Shown one piece after another: positions 1 through 9,362 of a stretch of 64,000 bases of DNA. The stretch's first letter is position 1. Every line of letters begins with the position of its first letter. Location: the NCBI GenBank assembly GCA_947577025.1, contig CANPTO010000005.1, positions 31,048 through 95,047 on the forward strand, read 5' to 3'. This DNA is from an uncultured Clostridiaceae bacterium. GTDB lineage: Bacteria > Bacillota > Clostridia > TANB77 > CAG-508. Made by a program: the position numbers and the translations under genes. Under the pieces are notes generated by a model. The model searched no databases and was not told the origin of the DNA. It was given only the letters and a program-made list of their open reading frames with translations.

Positions 1-69
1 TTCAACTAAATCATCTACATCTTCATCTCTCCAATTTCTTAGAATTAATCTTTTACTTTCTATTATCAT
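1..69 (-). CDS. GNAT-family N-acetyltransferase, first 23 codons only (gene continues off the left edge)
   Basis: ATG at 69-67 overlaps the end of the 53-652 gene. Translation MIIESKRLILRNWRDEDVDDLVE resembles RimJ/RimL-type GNAT N-termini. Confidence 0.5.
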   Translation of the reverse strand, partial: MIIESKRLILRNWRDEDVDDLVE

Positions 70-652
70 TGTTACCTCCATCATATAATTTTTTATTTCT
101 TATATAATCACCTTTAAACTCATTTGATAATATATCCATTTCAATACTATCATAATATCTACCATTAATATATTTGCAATTTCTTCTCCTTCCATATTCT
201 TTGAATCCGCATTTTGTGTAGCACTTTAATGCTCTTTCATTAAAGCTCATTAAATCCAGTTTTATATTATTTAAATTCAAATAGTTAAATCCATAATCTA
301 ATAACATTTTGATTGCTTCTGTTCCATATCCCTCATTCCTGTAATTTTTATCTCCTATAAATATTCCTAAAGTAGCTGTTCTATTAATAGAATCATAATT
401 TTCCAATCCTACTGTACCTATTAGTTTATCTTCTTTTAATGTTATTATAAAAAAGTTATAATTTTTGTTTAAATTTTCCTCAAAATATTGTTTTTCGCTT
501 TCTAATGTTGTTATGTATGCACTTCTTCCAATATAATCTGTTGTTTCAAAATCATTCAACCATTCTGTAAATTTTTCTATATCTTCATTATTTCGTGGTG
601 ATAAATAAATTCTTTCTCCTATTAACTTTTTAAAATATTTCATTTTTACCAA
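53..652 (-). CDS. GNAT-family N-acetyltransferase (RimJ/RimL-like)
   Basis: 199-aa ORF. Has the LSPRNNEDIEKF N-terminal pattern, an acetyl-CoA-binding-like segment LGIFIGDKNYRNEGYGTEAIKMLLDYGF, and NERALKCYTKCGFKEYG. Confidence 0.85.
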   Translation of the reverse strand: MVKMKYFKKLIGERIYLSPRNNEDIEKFTEWLNDFETTDYIGRSAYITTLESEKQYFEENLNKNYNFFIITLKEDKLIGTVGLENYDSINRTATLGIFIGDKNYRNEGYGTEAIKMLLDYGFNYLNLNNIKLDLMSFNERALKCYTKCGFKEYGRRRNCKYINGRYYDSIEMDILSNEFKGDYIRNKKLYDGGNNDNRK

Positions 653-1676
653 CTCCTATCATTAATTTTAAATATTTATCTGTAAATTCTTGTAATTTTT
701 CTTTTCGATTACTTAGTTTATCTATCAATTGATTAGCTTCTTTATAAGCATTTTCATATTCTATATTGGTTATTTCCATTCTATTTAAAGCATCTTTTAA
801 TTCTTCTTCATCAAGTAATATTATTTCTCCTGTGGATGTTACGACAACATCAAGATATAAATCATCTTCATAAGGTACATCTTTTTCTTTGCCAATTTCT
901 CTTGCTATATCAAAATACCATTCTATTATTTTATTATTTTCATTATAAATTGCTGTTAATTTTACTTTTGAATTATAATCATAGAATTCTAACCATTTAT
1001 AATTATTATCCATTATGCACTTACCATTTGGTATCACAATCTTGTCTTCAACTTCAATAAAATTATAAAAATATATGTCTCCTGTAAAATATTTTTCTTT
1101 TACTGACATTACTTTCTGTTTTGATTTATTTGCTTTTCTACCTACATGCCTATCTGCATATCTTTTCTTTAAACTTATCCAATATCTTTGGTCTATTTTT
1201 CCATCTTCAGCTGGTATTTCATTTTCTAAAACTCCACCATTATTTATAATGCTTTTTCTTGATCCAATATTATCTTTATAGCAAACCATTAATACTCTAT
1301 CTATACCTATTTTTTTACATTCTTCTAATGCTAGTCTAATCATTTCTGTTGCATATCCTTTTCTTCTTTCTGATGGTCTTACACCATCTCCAATATGTCC
1401 ACCATTTAGTAATAATTGATTATTTAAATAATGTCTTATATTTACTGCTCCAACAAATATATTTCTTTCTATATCTAAAGCAAAATATGTAGAATCTGGA
1501 ACACTATTTTTAGTTTCTTCTTTTACTTCTATACTTTTTTTATATAAATCGAAATTATGATAATCTGCTTTTCTAATAGCATATGGAATAATTTTTTCTC
1601 CTGAATTACTCCATTCATCCATCATTTCAAATAATTGTTCTCTATATTTTTCTTCTAATTTAACTAATTTTAACAT
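630..1676 (-). CDS. GNAT acetyltransferase fused to a C-terminal DUF402-like domain
   Basis: 348-aa ORF. The N-terminal half has the GNAT core GGHIGDGVRPSERRKGYATEMIRLALEECKKIG. The C-terminal ~150 aa (WLEFYDYNSKVKLTAIYN...WYFDIA...DLYLDVVV) look DUF402-like. Confidence 0.65.
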   Translation of the reverse strand: MLKLVKLEEKYREQLFEMMDEWSNSGEKIIPYAIRKADYHNFDLYKKSIEVKEETKNSVPDSTYFALDIERNIFVGAVNIRHYLNNQLLLNGGHIGDGVRPSERRKGYATEMIRLALEECKKIGIDRVLMVCYKDNIGSRKSIINNGGVLENEIPAEDGKIDQRYWISLKKRYADRHVGRKANKSKQKVMSVKEKYFTGDIYFYNFIEVEDKIVIPNGKCIMDNNYKWLEFYDYNSKVKLTAIYNENNKIIEWYFDIAREIGKEKDVPYEDDLYLDVVVTSTGEIILLDEEELKDALNRMEITNIEYENAYKEANQLIDKLSNRKEKLQEFTDKYLKLMIGVGKNEIF

Positions 1677-1916
1677 ACTATCCTTCCCTTTCTTGTAATA
1701 TAATCAAAAAAGTCTCGCTAAGAAACCTTTTAAGACTCCTTTACAAGACTTTATATATCTTACTTTATAAGTGTAAGTAACATTTATATTTTTGCTACCC
1801 TTTACCGCTCAAAGTTTATTACTTTTAGGTAAACTCTTAAATTATGTTTTTAATTGTAACATATTATCGTAGATCTGTCAAATTTAAAATTTACATAATT
1901 TTTATTGTTTCTAATT

Positions 1917-2786
1917 TTATTCATCTAACATTAATTTTGTTTTCTTGTCTTTTAATCTCTTTAGTTGCTCTTTTTCTACTTGTTTTATACTCTTTTCTGG
2001 TGTTGGTAAATCCTCTGGCATTGTTCCTCCAATATCTTCTATTGCCTTTCTTACCTTTGTTCCAACTTCATAATGTGTTGAAGTCGCTTTGCTACAATTA
2101 TGTATTTTATCCTTCTTTAGTTTTTCTTCCGTTTGAGATATTCTAAATAGGTTAGCAATCAACTCTGTACTTCCCATAAAGTCTAATATTTTTTCGTTAT
2201 CTTTCAAATTTTTTCTTTCGTGTATATCATCTACAGTTAGTCCTCCATATAATCCCATATATCCTGCATTTTGAAATTCTGCATATTCTTGGTTTGTTAT
2301 TACACCTGCATTATGAGCTGCTTCTAATAACATTTGATTCCATTGTTTTATATCTCCACGAATCACTAATCGTTTATTATCTTCATCTAATTGATTAAAA
2401 TAATCAGCAACCTCTTGTCTTCTAGTTTGAATTGCAAAATATGTTTGTCCTAAAGCAATTACTTCTTTTCTTGGATCTCCATTCTGTACTATTAAATAAC
2501 AAGCATATCTTGATAGTTCATAATCTGTTACTTTCTTTTGTGTTGCCCCTGCTTCAACGATTTTGCTGACCTCAGCAAAATCGTCATCAATATTTCTTCC
2601 ACTATTTTGACATGCTAATATTGCTCTATCTATTACTTTTGCAAAATTTCTCCATTGTTTGTATTGTAAAACTTCGCTTAAATCTCTCGCACTCCAATAT
2701 TCAGTTCCATCTTCTCTAATCTTCTTTATTTCTTCAAAGTTTTTATATTCTTCTGCTTGTAAATTACTCAATATTATCATCTCCAC
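1917..2786 (-). CDS. dinD: DNA-damage-inducible protein D-like (BRO-N/DinD family)
   Basis: 289-aa ORF. N-terminus FEEIKKIREDGTEYWSARDLSEVLQYKQWRNFAKVIDRA...YELSRYACYLIVQNGDPRKEVIALGQTYFAIQTRRQE matches the DinD/BRO-N pattern as I recall it. Confidence 0.65.
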   Translation of the reverse strand: MEMIILSNLQAEEYKNFEEIKKIREDGTEYWSARDLSEVLQYKQWRNFAKVIDRAILACQNSGRNIDDDFAEVSKIVEAGATQKKVTDYELSRYACYLIVQNGDPRKEVIALGQTYFAIQTRRQEVADYFNQLDEDNKRLVIRGDIKQWNQMLLEAAHNAGVITNQEYAEFQNAGYMGLYGGLTVDDIHERKNLKDNEKILDFMGSTELIANLFRISQTEEKLKKDKIHNCSKATSTHYEVGTKVRKAIEDIGGTMPEDLPTPEKSIKQVEKEQLKRLKDKKTKLMLDE

Positions 2787-2894
2787 TTTTTAAGTTTTTA
2801 TAATTATATCAAACATTTGTTTAATATTCAAGTGGTTTATAAAAAATTTTAGAAAAAAATATGTATCTTATATTTCTATAAAATACATACTTTA

Positions 2895-3113
2895 AATTTA
2901 AGTTTTATCTCCAAACATTCCTAATTTTTCATTATTAAATTATACTACTCCGCATACCATGTCAACCTCTATCGTTACCTTAATTTTATTATTTTCTACT
3001 CTTTTAACCTTATTTTTACCTTTTCTCTCAAAACTAACAAAATCCTCAAAAACAGTAAATTCCACTATTCTGTCTAATTTTTTAGATATAGCACCGAGCA
3101 ACACTCCACATGG
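2895..3113 (-). repeat. Recombinase 'tail' copy L: last ~57 codons plus ~45 bp of 3' flank of the intact recombinase. Directly repeated at 23590-23813.
   Basis: Base-by-base comparison of 2895-3113 with 23590-23813 shows only scattered mismatches. Homology ends at TAGCAC-N8-ACTCCACATG (3089-3112). Confidence 0.85.
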
Positions 3114-4829
3114 CTTACACATAGGCTGTAGATAGTTTTGACTTACCTCGTATGATGACTGTTGATTTTCTTGATTTTGAACTACCGAGTTTTTCTCGGT
3201 TGTTGAATCTCTACACTTGATTTCGTTTCCAGATTTTAGGATAAAAGTTATAACTCTTGGATTTAACTCTCCATTAATTTCTTTTTCTCCAATTATAACC
3301 TTTTCTATCATTAGTTCAAAAACATCTTTATCAAATTCTGGCATGATTTCATTATCTTTAAACAGAGTTTTAAACTTGTTTAATCCTTGATTTAAACTAA
3401 TTGAATCTTCTAATTCTAGTTGCAAATGCTCTTGTTCTTTTTCTATACTATTTACTTTGTTTTGTAATTTTGCCTTCTTTTCTTGCAAAGTTTCTAAAGT
3501 TATTGTTCCATTTAAGTTTAAATCAATTAGTTTGTCTATCTTTTCCTTTAATATTTGATTTTCTTCCTCTAGCCTTTTAATAGAACTTTCATTACTTTCT
3601 TCTTGTATAATTTCTTCCATTTCGTTTAAGAATGTTTGGATTAACTCTTTATTGTTATTACATAGTAGCTTATAGCTTTCTGTAAATGCTTCTTCTATAA
3701 TATTTTCTTTCATAGCTTTACAATGTGGACAATTTTCTTTTCCATGTTTTACAAATTCCATACATTGCCAAACTGTTATACTATTTTTAGTTCCAGAATG
3801 CCAGTTTCTTCTTGTTAATAAACTTCCACAAAAGCCACAATATAATCTACTACTAAAAGGATATTTCCTACTAAAGTTGCCTTTTCTTCTTCCAGAGCCT
3901 CGTACTCCTCCTCGCTTTTGTAATATTTCTTGTGCTTGATTGAACATTCTTTCAGAGATGATTGGCTCATGATGTTCTTGTATATAGTATTGATTTTCTT
4001 CTCCCATATTGACTACTCTTCTATGGGATATTGGATCTGTTGTATATGTTTTTCCTTGTAAGACATCTCCTTTGTATTTTTCGTTTTTTAAGATTCCTCT
4101 TATTGTTGATTCGTGCCATTTCTTTTTACCTGTTGGTGTTTTATATTTCATATTTGTAAGTTCTTTTGCAATTGTTGTGCAGCCTACTCCTTGACAGTAT
4201 CTTTCAAAGATATATCTTACTATTTCTGCTTCTTCATAATTGATTGATATTTCTTTTGTATCTTTGTCATAGACATATCCTAAACAACCATTATATCCAA
4301 TTAGTTCTCCTCTTTTTTGTTTCATCTGTAAGCCTAGTTTTACATGGGAAGATATATTTTCGCTTTCTTGCTGTGCCATTGCACTTAATACTGTTAGCAT
4401 TATTTCTCCTGATATTTCTAAAGTATTTATTCTTTCTTCTTCAAAGTAAATAGCAATTCCTTTTTCTTTTAATAGCCTTACATATTTTAAGGTATCTACT
4501 GTGTTTCTTCCAAATCTTGATATTGATTTTGTAATTATCATATCAAATTTGTTATTTGTAGCATCTTGCATCATTTTCATAAAGCCATCTCTTTTATAGT
4601 CTAGTGTTCCTGTTATTCCTTCATCTGCATAAATGCCAACATATTTCCAATCACTATTTGCTTTTATTTTTTCTTCATAATACTTTAGTTGGGAATTGTA
4701 ACTGTTTATTTGTTCTTCTTTTTCTGTACTTACTCTTGCATAGGCACATACTCTTAAATTTCCTTTTATTTCTTCTCCTGTTGTTCTATTAATTCGACCT
4801 TTTTTCTTCTCTATAACTTGTACTTTCAA
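2940..4829 (-). CDS. Large serine recombinase (resolvase catalytic domain + recombinase domain + zinc ribbon + coiled coil + C-terminal extension)
   Basis: 629-aa ORF. Catalytic region RVCAYARVSTEKEEQ...SISRFGRNTVD, Cys-rich zinc ribbon CGFCGSLLTRR...WQC...CPHC, then a long coiled coil. Confidence 0.9.
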   Translation of the reverse strand: MKVQVIEKKKGRINRTTGEEIKGNLRVCAYARVSTEKEEQINSYNSQLKYYEEKIKANSDWKYVGIYADEGITGTLDYKRDGFMKMMQDATNNKFDMIITKSISRFGRNTVDTLKYVRLLKEKGIAIYFEEERINTLEISGEIMLTVLSAMAQQESENISSHVKLGLQMKQKRGELIGYNGCLGYVYDKDTKEISINYEEAEIVRYIFERYCQGVGCTTIAKELTNMKYKTPTGKKKWHESTIRGILKNEKYKGDVLQGKTYTTDPISHRRVVNMGEENQYYIQEHHEPIISERMFNQAQEILQKRGGVRGSGRRKGNFSRKYPFSSRLYCGFCGSLLTRRNWHSGTKNSITVWQCMEFVKHGKENCPHCKAMKENIIEEAFTESYKLLCNNNKELIQTFLNEMEEIIQEESNESSIKRLEEENQILKEKIDKLIDLNLNGTITLETLQEKKAKLQNKVNSIEKEQEHLQLELEDSISLNQGLNKFKTLFKDNEIMPEFDKDVFELMIEKVIIGEKEINGELNPRVITFILKSGNEIKCRDSTTEKNSVVQNQENQQSSYEVSQNYLQPMCKPCGVLLGAISKKLDRIVEFTVFEDFVSFERKGKNKVKRVENNKIKVTIEVDMVCGVV

Positions 4830-4896
4830 AATTAACCTTCCTTTCTCAAGTTTAGAGAATCTTTATGTGCTTATTATACATCAAAAGTTAAATTTT

Positions 4897-5082
4897 TCAA
4901 ATACCTATGTGAGTTAAATTATATTCTTGTAAAATATTTTGTTTTAATTCTAAATATCTTTTTTCTTTAATTAATCCTGCATTAAATGTTTTGTTTAGTA
5001 TTGCTATTTTTATACTGCAATTAAAAACATTTTCGTTTAGCTTGATGTTTTTCGTATTATCAAAATTAATTTCGTACAACAT
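4897..5082 (-). CDS. Hypothetical 61-aa protein between the backbone module and the recombinase
   Basis: ORF preceded by AAGGAGG at appropriate spacing. No recognisable motif. Confidence 0.35.
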   Translation of the reverse strand: MLYEINFDNTKNIKLNENVFNCSIKIAILNKTFNAGLIKEKRYLELKQNILQEYNLTHIGI

Positions 5083-5112
5083 AAAAATCCTCCTTAACTT
5101 GAATTAAATTTC

Positions 5113-5154
5113 AAAAAAGGCAACAGAAAAAGCCAGTCGGCTAGCTTCGACTGA
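5113..5154 (-). terminator. Rho-independent-type terminator (minus strand) just upstream of the 61-aa ORF
   Basis: Stem CAGTCG (5134-5139) / CGACTG (5149-5154), followed on the minus strand by a T-rich run (plus-strand A-run 5113-5132). Confidence 0.45.
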
Positions 5155-5268
5155 CTTGATTGTTTTGCATTTTTTGATAATACGATTATATGATGGCATT
5201 TTTATAAAATCAATTCCGTTTTATTTCCCATTTTTCTAAAAATTTTATTTTAAAATAAAATCTTTTTC

Positions 5269-5516
5269 AAGTTCACTTGGTGTACTTTATATTTTGAATT
5301 AATATTTTCAAAAGTTCACTCGGTGTACTTGTCATAAAATTCAATTATTTAGTTCACTAAGTGTACTTGATCTGTAATTTTTAGTTCACCTAGTGTACTA
5401 ATTATCAATATTTTAATAAAATTTAAGTACACTTAGTGAACTTCTTTAATATTTTTGCTTTTTATTTTTAATTTTAAACGAAGAATAGCGGGTTTCAGCC
5501 AGTTCACTCGGTGAAT
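5269..5516. promoter_or_regulatory. Array of six dyad-symmetric 15-bp sites GTTCAC-N3-GTG(T/A)AC (operator/iteron-like)
   Basis: Copies at 5271-5285, 5314-5328, 5352-5366, 5384-5398, 5427-5441 (inverted) and 5502-5516. The same motif array recurs at 16629-16801. Confidence 0.7.
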
Positions 5517-5615
5517 TTCTGCATCATATTTGCTTAAATTTTACATTCTTTTATTAACTCTAGAAGGCTTGTCCTTCTATGTGTATAGGCGATATGTTAA
5601 TGTCGCTTTCCTGCC
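5489..5615. repeat. Conserved ~125-nt non-coding block, copy 1 (copy 2 at 16774-16903)
   Basis: Near-identical run GGGTT.CAGCCAGTTCACTCGGTGAATTTCTGCATCATATTTGCTTAAA...GAAGGCTTGTCCTTC.ATGTGTATA.GCGATATGTTAAT..CGCTTTCCTGCC in both islands. Contains short hairpins (GAAGG/CCTTC, GCGA/TCGC). Confidence 0.8.
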
Positions 5616-5616
5616 T

Positions 5617-7422
5617 TTAGTTTTCTTGTTTTTTCCATCTCTTTATAACATCATCTATTGTTATTTTATCATTATTATTTTTGTCTATTTCTTTCCATTC
5701 TTCTTTCCAAACATTATACACTTTAACATTTTCAGATTTTGGTTCTGGTGAAGGTTTATCCATGCTTATTATAGCAGGTATTGGAGTCGCATCCCCTACA
5801 ACTAGTGATTCTCCTGGTGCTAATATTGGTAATATATCTGCTATTGAATTAGTATTATTAGGTAATAAATTTTTTATATAGTTTTGATCTGTCATATTTG
5901 TTAATCTTAAAGATATAAAATTATTACATTGAGCAAATATTGTATCAGATACTTCACTTGGTCTTTGGCTAACAACCATCACACTTAGACCATACTTTCT
6001 TCCTTCTTTTGCAATTCTTTCTATAGATTTTTTTGAAGCCTCATAATCAGCCCCACCTTTTTTTGGTATATAATTATGAGCTTCTTCACATACAATTAAA
6101 AATGGTACATCATTAGTTTCATTATTTTCATGTTTTAATTTAGAATAATGAAATGCAAAATCAAATGCTAGTCTTGATATTAAACTTACTGTTATGGATA
6201 ATACTTCAAATGGCACTCCACTTAAATCTATAATACTAATATTGGCCTTATTCAAATATCCCAGAAATTGTTTTAAAATTTCACTAAAGTCTTCTGTTTT
6301 ATATTCTGTTTTTTCCTCCTTTTGCGGATTCATAATAAATTCTAATCTTTTATCATTTATTTTATTTTCTAGTCTAACAATGAATCTATCAAATTCACCA
6401 TTAAATGGTCCATTACTTGCTTTTGATGCTGCACTCGTAGAGTTTGGCACAAAATTAAATATATCATTAAAATATTCTTTATTATCTTCTATTAGTTTTG
6501 TTGTGCCATCTTTCAAAACAACTTTTGGTAATTGTTTTTCATTTGCTATTTTATTTATTACTTCGTTATTTAAATTATATATATAATTATATACTTCGTT
6601 AATATTAAAATATATAGGTGTATCATACGTTATTTTTTCAAGGCTTGGATTATACTTTTGTTTATTCAATAATATTGCTTTCCTAAATTGGGAAATTTGA
6701 TTGTGTGAATTATTTTCGTTGCTTTCAATAAACAAAGATTCTAATTCTTCGGAATTCATTAGCCAATATGGTAGCTTCAATTTTTCAACATCTAAATAAT
6801 TCAATGAGAATTTTTCATTTGCTTCTATTGAAAATGCAGATTTATATTCTGAATGTACATCAAATATAACAATATGTGCATTTCTTGTGTTTTCTTTATT
6901 CAAGTTTTTTCCATTTTCTATTCCTACCACTTGTTGCAAAATTTTGGCAACGGTACATGATTTTCCAGAACCTGTTGAACCAACTATACCAATATGTTTT
7001 CCAAAAAAATTATTACCATCTATACACAATTTAACATTATTATCTTGAACTAATTTTCCTAATTCAAAATTATATTTTTCGTTTTTTATAAAAATCGTTT
7101 GTAACACTCTATCATCTGCTATATAAACTTTTTCTGTTGGAGATGGTAATATAGACGTTCCTGGTTTAAATGTTTCTTGAGTTACAATTCCTATTGGTTC
7201 AGTTGCTAAAATATATTTTTCTTTTTCTCTTTCTTCATCATTAATTGCCTTTATATTTTTTATAGTTGCTATCATGAAATCATTATTTCCAACATTGATT
7301 TTTAGATATTTTCCTATTTTTATATTTTCTTTATTTGTTTCAAATTTTTCGAACTCCATTTTTACAGTTACAGTATTTGCCGAACTCTCTAAAACATCTC
7401 CTATTTCTACATTTTCATTCAT
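5617..7422 (-). CDS. HerA-like (DUF87) ATPase, partner of the DUF4297 nuclease
   Basis: 601-aa ORF. Walker A GIVGSTGSGKSCTVAKIL, Walker B-like FLIVCEEAHNYIP, and SVMVVSQRPSEV typical of the HerA/FtsK-like clade. Confidence 0.85.
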   Translation of the reverse strand: MNENVEIGDVLESSANTVTVKMEFEKFETNKENIKIGKYLKINVGNNDFMIATIKNIKAINDEEREKEKYILATEPIGIVTQETFKPGTSILPSPTEKVYIADDRVLQTIFIKNEKYNFELGKLVQDNNVKLCIDGNNFFGKHIGIVGSTGSGKSCTVAKILQQVVGIENGKNLNKENTRNAHIVIFDVHSEYKSAFSIEANEKFSLNYLDVEKLKLPYWLMNSEELESLFIESNENNSHNQISQFRKAILLNKQKYNPSLEKITYDTPIYFNINEVYNYIYNLNNEVINKIANEKQLPKVVLKDGTTKLIEDNKEYFNDIFNFVPNSTSAASKASNGPFNGEFDRFIVRLENKINDKRLEFIMNPQKEEKTEYKTEDFSEILKQFLGYLNKANISIIDLSGVPFEVLSITVSLISRLAFDFAFHYSKLKHENNETNDVPFLIVCEEAHNYIPKKGGADYEASKKSIERIAKEGRKYGLSVMVVSQRPSEVSDTIFAQCNNFISLRLTNMTDQNYIKNLLPNNTNSIADILPILAPGESLVVGDATPIPAIISMDKPSPEPKSENVKVYNVWKEEWKEIDKNNNDKITIDDVIKRWKKQEN

Positions 7423-7428
7423 ATATTT

Positions 7429-8733
7429 TTAAACCTCTTTTCTTAAGTTTAATAAAAACTCTAATTCCTTTAAATTTTCTATTTCTATCATTTCTATATT
7501 TTTACCTAATTTTCCTATATCCTCTGTTTCTTCTTTTCCAATAATAAATAAATCATCTATTTGCATATTTTTTATAGCATATATAAAATTATCAGAATAA
7601 TCAATTAATCTTATATTAAATTCAAGCCAATTGTCTTTTATCTTTTTTTGAGGATTAGCCATAAATTTTTCTTTATAAAATTTTTCTCCTACATATCCAT
7701 TTTCTACTTTTACATTCATCTCATACAATTCTGATATTAACTGAGCTATATAATTTTTATCTACATTCATAATACAAAATGTAGTAGGTTTATGTAATTT
7801 AACTTTCCAACAGTATTTTTCTTTGTAATTTCTTATAAAATTGCTAATTTCTTTATCAAAATTTTCAATCCATTTAGGATTTAGGATAAAACATCTTTCT
7901 CTATAATTCTTATTTAAATTTTGATTTAATTGTTTCCTTTTAATTTGTAATATTTTTTTACGAGAGATTATTTCTTTTGTCCAACGGGTAAATGCTGTAT
8001 CTTTATGTTCTTTTAATAATTTTATTATATTTCTTTTATTTGTTTTTCTTTTATCTGCTATTTTATTTATACTTAAATCTGCAATAGTTTGTATTGCATT
8101 TGGAAAAAATAAATCATCAACATCTTCTTTTGAAAATCCTTGTTCTTGTAGTAATTTTTTATTAATTTCTTTTATTTTTTCATATTTTTCTCCTACTATT
8201 ATCTTAAATCTAGTTAGAAATTGTTGCAAATCAAATTTTAAATCCATATTATTTTCATAAAAATATTTCTTTATTTTTTGCTTGTCATCATCACTTTTCC
8301 TTTTTTTAGAAATTATATCTAATATCTCTTTAGAGTTGCATTTTTTTAAGTATGCTATATAATCTATCAAATATTCTTTATTTTTTGTTTCAATAATTTG
8401 TGTTAAATCATCCAAAGTTATTTTCATTTCACTATCAACTAAATTTGGAAAATACATGTATAATATATACTCTATATTTGCATTAGGATTTTCAGCAAAA
8501 GTCTTCATCATCTGTAAAATTGGTTTATATATTTTTGACAAACTAAATTTCTCTTGACCTTCATGATACTTACATTGTATAGCAACTGTATTATTTCCTC
8601 GTTCAATATCAATATCTTCTATTATTCCCTCTACAGTTATCTCATCATCTTCTGATGCCCTTAAAATTTCTTGTAATGTAATATTAAATTGATATAAAAA
8701 ACCTTGTATTGTTGAATCTGCTACTCTTGACAT
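7429..8733 (-). CDS. DUF4297 (Cap4-like nuclease domain) protein of a DUF4297-HerA defence pair
   Basis: 434-aa ORF. N-terminus GFLYQF...EDIDIERGNNTVAIQCKYHEG matches the GFxYQ ... D/E ... QxK endonuclease pattern of DUF4297. Lies 6 nt upstream of herA-like on the same strand. Confidence 0.8.
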   Translation of the reverse strand: MSRVADSTIQGFLYQFNITLQEILRASEDDEITVEGIIEDIDIERGNNTVAIQCKYHEGQEKFSLSKIYKPILQMMKTFAENPNANIEYILYMYFPNLVDSEMKITLDDLTQIIETKNKEYLIDYIAYLKKCNSKEILDIISKKRKSDDDKQKIKKYFYENNMDLKFDLQQFLTRFKIIVGEKYEKIKEINKKLLQEQGFSKEDVDDLFFPNAIQTIADLSINKIADKRKTNKRNIIKLLKEHKDTAFTRWTKEIISRKKILQIKRKQLNQNLNKNYRERCFILNPKWIENFDKEISNFIRNYKEKYCWKVKLHKPTTFCIMNVDKNYIAQLISELYEMNVKVENGYVGEKFYKEKFMANPQKKIKDNWLEFNIRLIDYSDNFIYAIKNMQIDDLFIIGKEETEDIGKLGKNIEMIEIENLKELEFLLNLRKEV

Positions 8734-8753
8734 AGTTACTCCTTCATATATTA

Positions 8754-9362
8754 TTATAATTTTTTATTTATTTCATCTATCCAACTTTCATCATCACCTT
8801 CAAAGTGTTCAACAAACTTCAATATATTGGTGCTAGAAGTTATATTGTCATCTGTTGATAACTTAGCTACATTTTCTTTCATTTTTTCATAATTGCTTCT
8901 TTTAATTTTGCTAAATAATTCTTTTCTTTGCTCATCTGTAGCTTTATAGTTATCAATGCCAACATACTCTTTTATATATTTACTATTTATAGCTTTACTT
9001 TGGCTTGTTAATTTTATTTCTGCAAAATGTGAAAGTATTATTTGCATTGTACATGGATTTCCAAATATTACAATGTCATCTGCTACCTCTTCTCCATGAA
9101 AATCATTTATCTTTTGTTTTATTTCTTTATATTTTTCTGATGGTCCTTTATCTGTATCACAGAATATTAAAACCAAAGAATATGAATCTGATTGATATTT
9201 TTCTTGGTATCTTGCTATTATTGTATTTATTGATTTTGCATTTACTGTAATAAAATCATATTTGTCGGAAAATACTGCTTTACTTTTTAAAGTTTCAATA
9301 TAATCCAATTCTTCATATCCTTCACATATAATACATATCTTTTTTCCTTTATATTTCCTCAT
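8754..9362 (-). CDS. RloB-like (TOPRIM-related) protein, AbiLii/PARIS-AriB-like partner
   Basis: 202-aa ORF. N-terminus KICIICEGYEELDYIETL and LVLIFCDTD resemble the RloB family. Overlaps the upstream ATPase gene by 14 nt. Confidence 0.65.
   Translation of the reverse strand: MRKYKGKKICIICEGYEELDYIETLKSKAVFSDKYDFITVNAKSINTIIARYQEKYQSDSYSLVLIFCDTDKGPSEKYKEIKQKINDFHGEEVADDIVIFGNPCTMQIILSHFAEIKLTSQSKAINSKYIKEYVGIDNYKATDEQRKELFSKIKRSNYEKMKENVAKLSTDDNITSSTNILKFVEHFEGDDESWIDEINKKL

Noticed and set aside
5269-5516. CRISPR array interpretation of the GTTCAC-N3-GTGTAC repeats (and 16629-16801).
   Set aside because: The repeats are only ~15-17 bp. Spacing is irregular (32-43 bp), the orientations are mixed, and no cas genes are present. 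An operator/iteron-like array is more consistent.
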